A DNA stretch of 64,000 nt from an uncultured Chloroflexia bacterium. GTDB taxonomy: Bacteria; Chloroflexota; Limnocylindria; Limnocylindrales; CSP1-4. The notes under the pieces were generated by a model. That model was not told where the DNA came from and did not search any database. It saw nothing but the letters and a program-made list of their open reading frames with translations. Position numbers and translations under genes: made by a program. Below, one piece after another: positions 8,362 to 15,475 of this stretch (its first letter is position 1; each line of letters begins with the position of its first letter). The DNA lies in NCBI GenBank assembly GCA_963800275.1, contig CAWDAI010000006.1:207130-271129 (forward strand). Direction: 5' to 3'.

Positions 8362-9426
8362 GTGACGGACCATTCACGGCAGAAGGGCCAAGCTCTTGCG
8401 CTCCTCGCCATCGCCTTGGCTGCAATCGTGGCTGGCGTCGCTGTCGTCGTCGACGGCGGATATGCGTATGCACAGCGTCGCGCCTCGCAGAATGCGGCCG
8501 ACTTCGCGGCGATGGCGGGCACTCGCCTCATCGGCCAGGCGCGGACGAACAGTTCCGTTAGTGGCGGACAGGTCCGGAGCGCGGTCGATACGTCGCTCAC
8601 CTCGAACGGTGCCTCGCTCGTCTCTGGCACATACATCGATGAGGACGGCCAGGCCATCGGTGCCCTCTCAACAGGCGGGTCGATCCCGCCGAACGCTTTT
8701 GGACTCGTCGTGCAGGCCAAGACAGACTGGCAGCCGTTCTTGCTCGGAGTCATCGGGATCACTGACTGGGCGGCCGGAGCCAAAGCCACCGCCAAGACGC
8801 CGGGCGAGGCGCTCGGCGGTGGGGTCATGCCGGTGGGGATCCAGGACTCTCAATTCGATGGCCTCGTGCCCTGTCCCATCACCGATCTCGGCACCTGCAT
8901 CGATCAGAACCTCACGTCGGGGGCACTCAACATCCCCGGGGGGTTCGGCTGGCTCAAGTTCGGCCTCCAAGGTACCGGGGGCAAGTGCAGCTGGACGAGC
9001 AGTCTGGGCATGATCGCCGACGGCGGCTGCCAGACCAGCAAGACCTACCTTGATTCGCAGATCGGCCCGCCGGCCGACTCGCACGGCTGCTGCACTGCGG
9101 TGGACCAGAGCGGCAGCGTGGACCTCATCGGCAGCCTCACCGGCAACGAGTGGGGAGACCTCAGCTTCTACATCGATAACCGTATCCCCGTTTGGGTGCC
9201 GATCTGGGACTCGCCGCAGGGAACTGGCGCGAACTCCTCCTACCACATCGTCGGATTCGGCGCGATCGTCTTCACCGGTGAGAACGAGCACGCCAAGTGG
9301 CTGGAAGGTGCGGCTATCGCAGATGCCTGCAAACCCGGTACGGCCATAACTGGCACGTCGTATTGCACGGAACCCGGTGGGCCCTTCGTCTTGGGCGCGA
9401 CCGGGGAAGTGTTCCTGGTGAACTGA
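8362..9426 (+). CDS. TadG-like pseudopilin (module C, gene 3)
   Basis: AGGAGG RBS, then GTG. N-terminus QKGQALALLAIALAAIVAGVAVVVDGGYAYAQRRASQNAADFAAMAGTRL. 354 aa. Confidence 0.65.
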   Translation: MTDHSRQKGQALALLAIALAAIVAGVAVVVDGGYAYAQRRASQNAADFAAMAGTRLIGQARTNSSVSGGQVRSAVDTSLTSNGASLVSGTYIDEDGQAIGALSTGGSIPPNAFGLVVQAKTDWQPFLLGVIGITDWAAGAKATAKTPGEALGGGVMPVGIQDSQFDGLVPCPITDLGTCIDQNLTSGALNIPGGFGWLKFGLQGTGGKCSWTSSLGMIADGGCQTSKTYLDSQIGPPADSHGCCTAVDQSGSVDLIGSLTGNEWGDLSFYIDNRIPVWVPIWDSPQGTGANSSYHIVGFGAIVFTGENEHAKWLEGAAIADACKPGTAITGTSYCTEPGGPFVLGATGEVFLVN

Positions 9427-9621
9427 GGACCAGGTCAGCATGGTCGCCCCGGCTCTGGAAACGAGCTGGCGCCGGCGGAGCGTGACTCGGGGTAGCATCG
9501 TCTGACGGGAGGGACCAGCCCTTGCCAGTCGGAGGAACGATGCGCCCCCACATGCTCCGTACCCTGGCCACGCTCGTGGCCATCCTCGTCTCGCTGCTGA
9601 CACTCGGCACCTGTCGCCTCC

Positions 9622-11232
9622 GTGGCGCAGAGCCCGGAGCCGAGCGCCGTACCATCGGCTTCCGCGTCGTCGGCGTCCGCGCCAACGGCCCCGGCCTCGG
9701 CCGCGCCAGCAGACGCCTGTGTCCAGCCCGAAGCCAGCCTCGCGCCGGTCGCCCAGGAACCGCTGTCCATCCCGGAGGACTTCCGCATCGCGCTGTTCGA
9801 CGGGGTCTGGCAGGGCATCCGCGACTACTACTGGGACCCTGACACCAACGGGCTCGACTGGGACGCGATCGGCGATGAGTACGCGCCGCTGATCATCCAG
9901 ACCGACGATGCCTACGAGGTCTACTCGCTGCTCTCGGAGATGGTCGGCCTGCTCGACGACCCCTACACCGGCTTCTTCGCGCCGGAGGACCTTGCCAGCA
10001 CGGAGGCGTTCAACGCCAGCTACGGCGGTATCGGTGCCCTCCTCGACACCAGCGCCGCGGGTGAGGACACCGACGGCCTGCGGATCATCTACGTCTTCGA
10101 TGGCGGCTCAGCCAAGGATGCCGGCATCCGTCCCCGCGACCGCATCGTCGCGGTGGAGGGCGACCCGTGCGCTCGCATCGCGGACATCCGCGGCCCGTCG
10201 GGCACGGACGTCACGCTGACCGTGGTCTCGCCGGGCGAGGAGCCGCGCGACGTCATGCTCGAGCGCCGCCAGATCGACCCCACCATCCGCCCCGTCGCGC
10301 ACCGGCTGGACGTCGACCCGACGGTCGGCTACCTGGGCATCATCTCGCTCGCCGGACAGGCGGGCATCGATGGTATCCAGCAGGGCCTGACCGAGCTCCT
10401 CCGCGGCGACCCGCTCGATGGGCTCATCATCGACCTGCGAGCATCCGACACGGGCGCGCCGGCGGTCACCATCTCCACGCTCGGGAACTTCGTCGAGGGT
10501 GAGGTCGGCGAGTATCACTCGCGCGTGGGCAACGAGCCCATCGAGATCGAGCCGAGCGACCTCTTCGACCAGTACGCCGAGGTGCCGGTGGCGGTGCTCG
10601 TGGACGAGCAGACCGAGGCCGATGCCGAGCAGCTGGCGGCGATCCTGCAGGACCAGGGCCGAGCGGTCATCGTCGGCGCCCAGACCTCCGGCCAGACGCA
10701 CGGCGTCGCCACCATCGACTTCCCCGAGGGCTCGCTGCTGCAGGTCGTGTCCTTCGGCTTCCAGCTCCCGGACGGCCGGACGCTGGAAGGGGAGGGCGTG
10801 ACGCCCGACGTGCCGGTCGAAGCTGACTGGCTGGCCTATCCGGAGTCGGAGGACCCCTTCATCCTGGCCGCGCTCGACGCGCTGTCGGCCCCGGTCGCCA
10901 GCCCGGGCCCGGAGGGTGGCTCGGCGCCCAGCCCGGCAGCCACCGCGCCAGGCCACCGAACCTGCGACCGCCGAGGCCTCGCCTGCCGGATAGAGGTGGC
11001 AGGCCACCTCGTGGCCCGGCTCGACCTCGATGAGCGGCGGGACCACGCGCTCGCAGACGCCCGCGATGACCGCCGGGCAGCGGGGTGCGAAGGCGCAGCC
11101 GGGTGGCAGGTCGCCCGCATCGGGCGGCTCGCCCCCGACGACCGGGCGCTGCCGATGGCGGTTGGCCGGATCCGGCTCCGGCACCGCCGCCAGCAGGGCC
11201 TTGGTGTAGGGGTGCAGCGGGCGCTTCGATGA
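9622..11232 (+). CDS. S41-family C-terminal processing peptidase (CtpA/Prc-like, PDZ + S41 domain); apparently frameshifted; catalytic residues possibly substituted
   Basis: PDZ-like GGIGALL...IRPRDRIVAVEG. S41 core VAVLVDEQTEADAEQLAAILQDQGRAVIVGAQTSGQTHG. The lipoprotein-type signal peptide (MRPHMLRTLATLVAILVSLLTLGTC, ATG ~9540 after a GGAGG RBS) lies in a different frame. The ORF runs ~240 nt past a plausible natural end (TAG in the +1 frame at ~10991). Confidence 0.55.
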   Translation: MAQSPEPSAVPSASASSASAPTAPASAAPADACVQPEASLAPVAQEPLSIPEDFRIALFDGVWQGIRDYYWDPDTNGLDWDAIGDEYAPLIIQTDDAYEVYSLLSEMVGLLDDPYTGFFAPEDLASTEAFNASYGGIGALLDTSAAGEDTDGLRIIYVFDGGSAKDAGIRPRDRIVAVEGDPCARIADIRGPSGTDVTLTVVSPGEEPRDVMLERRQIDPTIRPVAHRLDVDPTVGYLGIISLAGQAGIDGIQQGLTELLRGDPLDGLIIDLRASDTGAPAVTISTLGNFVEGEVGEYHSRVGNEPIEIEPSDLFDQYAEVPVAVLVDEQTEADAEQLAAILQDQGRAVIVGAQTSGQTHGVATIDFPEGSLLQVVSFGFQLPDGRTLEGEGVTPDVPVEADWLAYPESEDPFILAALDALSAPVASPGPEGGSAPSPAATAPGHRTCDRRGLACRIEVAGHLVARLDLDERRDHALADARDDRRAAGCEGAAGWQVARIGRLAPDDRALPMAVGRIRLRHRRQQGLGVGVQRALR

Positions 11233-11977
11233 TCGCAGCTGCCGATGCCAGCTCCACCACGCGGCCGGCATACATCACCGCGATGCGGTCGGCGAAGTGA
11301 CGCGCAGAGGCCAGGTCGTGGGTGATGTACAGGAACGTCAGGCCGCGCGCTCGCTGCAGCTCGGAGAGCAGGTACAGGATCTCCGCGCGACTCGACGCGT
11401 CGATCATCGAGACGGGCTCGTCCGCGACCAGGTAGTCGGGCTCCAGCACCATGGCGCGGGCGATGCTCACGCGCTGTCGCTGGCCGCCGGAGAGCGTGTG
11501 GGGGTACTTCTCCACGAACTCGGCGGCGGGAGAGAGCTTGACCTGTTCGAGGGCGTCGAGCACCCGTGGCGCCTGCTCTGACCGGTCCGTGGGGCCGTGG
11601 ATGTCCAGTGGCTCCGCCACCAGCTGTCCCACACGCATGTAGGGGCTGAGGCTGGAGAACGGATCCTGGAAGATGGCCTGGGCGCGGCGGCGGAAGGCGA
11701 GCATGGACTTGCCGCTGAGGCCCGCGATGTCCTGGCCTTCGAAGATCACTCGCCCATCGGCTGCCGGCACCAGCCGCAGGGTGGCCCGGCCGAGCGTCGT
11801 CTTGCCGCTGCCCGACTCGCCCACGACCGCCACCGTCTCTCCAGAGGCGAGGTCGAGCGAGACGCCCGTGACCGCGGCGATCGGCCGGGTATGCAGGAAC
11901 GAGGTGCGCACTTCGAACCGGACCGAGAGGTCCTCGATGCGCAGCACCGGCCCGTCCGTCGTGCGCGGTTGGCTCAC
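10859..11977 (-). CDS. Oligopeptide/dipeptide ABC transporter ATP-binding protein (OppF/DppF-like), apparent frameshift near 11225
   Basis: Walker A GESGSGKTTL, signature LSGGQRQR, Walker B LVADEP. The C-terminal oligopeptide-type HPY segment (PLHPYTKALLAAVPEPDP...CAFAPRCP) is in another frame (ORF 10108..11271). The GTG start overlaps the oppD stop (GTGA). Confidence 0.55.
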   Translation of the reverse strand: MSQPRTTDGPVLRIEDLSVRFEVRTSFLHTRPIAAVTGVSLDLASGETVAVVGESGSGKTTLGRATLRLVPAADGRVIFEGQDIAGLSGKSMLAFRRRAQAIFQDPFSSLSPYMRVGQLVAEPLDIHGPTDRSEQAPRVLDALEQVKLSPAAEFVEKYPHTLSGGQRQRVSIARAMVLEPDYLVADEPVSMIDASSRAEILYLLSELQRARGLTFLYITHDLASARHFADRIAVMYAGRVVELASAAAIIEAPAAPLHQGPAGGGAGAGSGQPPSAAPGRRGRAARCGRPATRLRLRTPLPGGHRGRLRARGPAAHRGRAGPRGGLPPLSGRRGLGGRRFGGLARWLPGWAPSHPPGPGWRPGPTARRARPG

Positions 11978-12950
11978 GGCGTCACCTCCGCCCGCGCAGC
12001 ATCCGACACCACCCGCCAGCAGCGCGCGCGGTGGCCGGCCTCGAGCTCCACGTAGGGCGGGGCCGCGCTACACGCCTCGTACACCAGCGGGCATCGGGGC
12101 GCGAAGCGGCAGCCCGCGATGGGCTCGCGCAGATCCGGCGGCGCCCCCCGCAGGAAGGCCGGCGGGCTCGCGTCGTACAGGCTCGGGATGCTTGCCAGCA
12201 GGCGCTGGGTGTAGGGGTCGGCGGGAGCGCCCAGCACCTGCTCGGCGCTGCCCAGCTCGCGCACCTGGCCGGCATAGACCACGGCCACCTCGTCACACAG
12301 GTCGGACGCGAGGGCCAGGTCGTGGGTGATGAAGAGCATGGAGATGTGGCGGCTCGCCTTGAGCTCCTTGAGCAGGTTCATGATCTGGGCCTGGATGCTC
12401 ACGTCGAGCGCGCTGGTGGGCTCGTCGAGGATGAGCAGCGACGGATCGTTGGTCAACGCGGAGGCGATCATCACGCGCTGCTTCATGCCGCCCGACAGCT
12501 CATGGGGATAGCGCTGGGCGATCGCGGCGGGCAGGCCCACCTGCACCAGCAGCTCGGCCACGCGTGCCCGCACCTCGCGCTTGCCCAGCCCGTCCACGCG
12601 CAGGCGCTCTCCGACCTGGTCGCCGACCCGGATGACCGGGTTGAGCGAGTGCATCGCACCCTGGAAGACCATGGCCATCCGACTCCAGCGGATCCGCCGC
12701 CGGAAGGACTCGTCGTCGAACCCGGTGAGCTCCTCGTCCCCGAGGCGGATCGAGCCGCGGGCGAGGCTGCCGTTGCCCGGCAGCAGTCGCATGAGGGCGA
12801 CCGCCAGGCTGGTCTTGCCGCTGCCCGACTCGCCGATGACACCGAGCGCCTGGCCTTCTGCAAGATCGAAGCTGATGCCGTCCACCGCCCGCAGCGGACC
12901 ACGCTCGGTGCGGTACTCGACCACCAGGTCACGCACCTCCAGCAGGGCCA
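11974..12950 (-). CDS. Oligopeptide/dipeptide ABC transporter ATP-binding protein (OppD/DppD-like)
   Basis: Start MALLEVRDLVVEY at ~12950 abuts the upstream permease stop. GESGSGKTS, LSGGMKQR and ILDEPTSALD motifs. C-terminal CRFAPRCP segment. Confidence 0.8.
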
Positions 12951-14372
12951 TCAGTCGCGCCGCAGCCGGGGATTCACGACCGGCTCCATGGCCAGCGCCA
13001 GGAGCATGAAGGTCATGGCCGTGAGCACGATGAGCAAGCCCGGCGACACCACCCACCACCAGTAGCCAAGGAAGACGGCGCCGGTGCGGAAGCCGTCCTC
13101 GAGGATCTGGCCCCAGGTCGGGAGCGAGGGATCGCCCAGCCCCAGGAAGGAGAGACCGGCCTCGGCGAGGATGACCGCGGGCACGAAGAAGATGAGCTGC
13201 GTGAACACGTACGGTGCGGTGTGCGGGAAGATGTGCCGCACCATGATCTGCCGGCTCGAAGCTCCCATCGCGCGCGCGGCCTCCACCTCCTGGCTGCCGG
13301 AGAGCCCCAGCACCATCGAGCGCACGAGGATGGTCAACCCCGGCCAGCTGAACGCCACCAGCAGCAGCAGGATCAGCCACAGCTGGGCCCCGAAGACGAA
13401 GACGAAGAAGATCAGCAGCGGCAGCAAGGGCACGTTGTTGACCACGTCCGCGGCGCGCTGGATGAGCAGGTCGACGCGGCCGCCGCGATAGCCGCTGAGC
13501 AGGCCCAGGCTGGTGCCGATGACGGTGCTGACCGTGGCCGCGGCGATACCGATGAGCAAGGCCACCGGCAGACCGAAGGCGAGGCCCTGTGCCAGGTCGC
13601 GCCCGGAGGCATCGGTGCCGAGCAGGCCGAAGACGGTCCCGCCGACCACGAAGCGGACCCACTCGATCGAATCCTCCGGGCTGGCGAGGGCCGCACGCAC
13701 CTGCGCGCTGTACTCCCCTTGGAGCGGCGCCAGCACCCCGTCGGGCCCAGGTGCGCCGAAGAGGGCTGCGGTCGGGTCCGCTGCGACATCGCTCGCGGTC
13801 AGCTCCAGGCCGTAGGCCTCGTTGAGGGCATCCGCGGTCGCTTGCGCGACCTCGGACTCCGAGGTCAGCAGGACGCGCAGGGGGGTCTGGTCGTGGCGCA
13901 CGTACGGCGGCTCCTCACCCGGGCGAGGGCCCCGGATCGTCGTGCGCAGGAGGGGTACGGACGTGCCGTCCGGCCGCAGGAGCGTCACGCTCAAGGCCGG
14001 CGGACGCTCGCTGAAGGTGACCGGTCCCAGGCTGAAGGAGAGGAAGGTCGGCGCCGCATCTGCGGCCTGGTCGAAGACCAGGTCGTAGACCTCGACGCGG
14101 CCATCGCCGCGCTCGGTGGTCTCGCCCGGCTCGCTCGACTCGAGCACCTGGTGCTCGACGACGTCGCCACCGAGCAGCGCGGTCCAGGCCGGGGGCACGG
14201 CCTTGGGGTAGTCGGCCCAGACCGCGGGGTTGGACCAGCGCGCCGGGCCGAAGTCGAGGGGGAAGGTGATCAGCACCAGCAGGCTCGTGCCCAGCAGTAC
14301 CAGCATCAGGGCTACGCCCACTTTGCCCGCGGTGCTGGCGAGGACGGCGCGCCACAGGCTTCGCCGTTTCAC
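12951..14372 (-). CDS. ABC transporter permease (OppC/DppC-like) with long N-terminal extracytoplasmic segment
   Basis: GTG start overlaps the oppB stop (GTGA). The C-terminal half carries a BPD-transporter motif (EAARAMGAS, multiple TM helices). Confidence 0.75.
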   Translation of the reverse strand: MKRRSLWRAVLASTAGKVGVALMLVLLGTSLLVLITFPLDFGPARWSNPAVWADYPKAVPPAWTALLGGDVVEHQVLESSEPGETTERGDGRVEVYDLVFDQAADAAPTFLSFSLGPVTFSERPPALSVTLLRPDGTSVPLLRTTIRGPRPGEEPPYVRHDQTPLRVLLTSESEVAQATADALNEAYGLELTASDVAADPTAALFGAPGPDGVLAPLQGEYSAQVRAALASPEDSIEWVRFVVGGTVFGLLGTDASGRDLAQGLAFGLPVALLIGIAAATVSTVIGTSLGLLSGYRGGRVDLLIQRAADVVNNVPLLPLLIFFVFVFGAQLWLILLLLVAFSWPGLTILVRSMVLGLSGSQEVEAARAMGASSRQIMVRHIFPHTAPYVFTQLIFFVPAVILAEAGLSFLGLGDPSLPTWGQILEDGFRTGAVFLGYWWWVVSPGLLIVLTAMTFMLLALAMEPVVNPRLRRD

Positions 14373-15427
14373 TGGTAGCGCACCCGCGGGTCGAGGAAGA
14401 CGTAGAGGACCTCCAGCAGCAGCCGTGCCGCCACGTAGATGAGCGTGAACATGAAGGTCAGCCCGATGATGATGGACTCGTCGGGCTGGCCGGAGAAGGT
14501 CTTGAAGTAGAGCTGGCCCATGCCCTCCCAGGCGAAGACCGTCTCGATGAGGATCGAGCCCCCGAGGGTCGCTGCCAGCCCCAGGATGAGCCCGGTCACG
14601 ATGGGCGGCGCGGCCACGCGCAGGATGTGCCGTCGGCGGATCAGCCCCTCCGGCAGGCCCTTGGCTCGGGCCACCGTGACGTGGTCGGAGAGGGCCACGT
14701 TGAGGGTCATCGTGCGGATCACGTAGATCGACGGCCCGATGCTCACCAGCACCAGCGTCAGGACGGGCAGGAGGGCATGCCGCGCGAGATCGAGGAAGGA
14801 GGCGACCGGACCCTCCGGTGGGGGTGTCGAGTACATCCCGCCCGAGGGCAGGATCCGCAGCCAGAAGCTGAAGACGAGGATGAGCAGGATGCCCGCCCAC
14901 CACGCCGGCAGGCCGTTGGTGATGGCGGCCACGTAGGACACGAAGCGGTCGGCCCGCGAGCCGGGCCGCGTCGAGAGCCAGACGCCGACCGTGAGGCCGA
15001 TGAAGGCGGTGATGAGCAACGAGGTCGTGAGCAGCATGACCGTGCGCGGCAGGCGCTCGAGGATGATGTCAGCCACGCTGTTGGAGCCGTCAGCGGCGCG
15101 GATGGACCGGGCCTCGCCGAGGTTGAACACGAGCACCTGGGCGACCACTGCGGGCAGGCGCTCGTACCACGCTCGATCGAGTCCGTACGAAGCCTCCAGC
15201 TCCGCCCGTCGCGTGGCGATGATCTCCTCCACCGCGTCGGGGTCCTTGACCGTCTCGGACAGGCTCGTGCGCATCCCGCGCAGCTCCTCGCCGACCTGCG
15301 CCTGCAGGATGTTGTCCGAGTAGCCCGTGGCGCCAAGCGTGAGCACCAGCAGCACGAGCACGATGATGAGCACCGCGCCCAGGCTCGCGGCCCGGACCAG
15401 GATGGGGCGCAGCAGCGACGAGCTCAC
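14369..15427 (-). CDS. ABC transporter permease (OppB/DppB-like)
   Basis: 352 aa, six predicted TM segments, conserved RTMTLNVALSDHVTVARAKGL segment typical of OppB-type permeases. Confidence 0.8.
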   Translation of the reverse strand: MSSSLLRPILVRAASLGAVLIIVLVLLVLTLGATGYSDNILQAQVGEELRGMRTSLSETVKDPDAVEEIIATRRAELEASYGLDRAWYERLPAVVAQVLVFNLGEARSIRAADGSNSVADIILERLPRTVMLLTTSLLITAFIGLTVGVWLSTRPGSRADRFVSYVAAITNGLPAWWAGILLILVFSFWLRILPSGGMYSTPPPEGPVASFLDLARHALLPVLTLVLVSIGPSIYVIRTMTLNVALSDHVTVARAKGLPEGLIRRRHILRVAAPPIVTGLILGLAATLGGSILIETVFAWEGMGQLYFKTFSGQPDESIIIGLTFMFTLIYVAARLLLEVLYVFLDPRVRYQ

Positions 15428-15475
15428 GAGCCGGTCTGGCCCTCCCTGGGTCTCGCTAGATGGTCGGACCCAAGG

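Noticed and set aside
9522-9842. 106-aa ORF starting MPVGGTMRPHMLRTLATLVAILVSLLTLGTC
   Set aside because: Not an independent gene. Its first ~30 codons are the signal peptide of the S41 peptidase displaced into another frame. The remainder is out-of-frame junk.
12031-14378. + strand ORFs 12031..13065 and 13221..14378
   Set aside because: Antisense to oppD/oppC. Low-complexity. Shadow ORFs.
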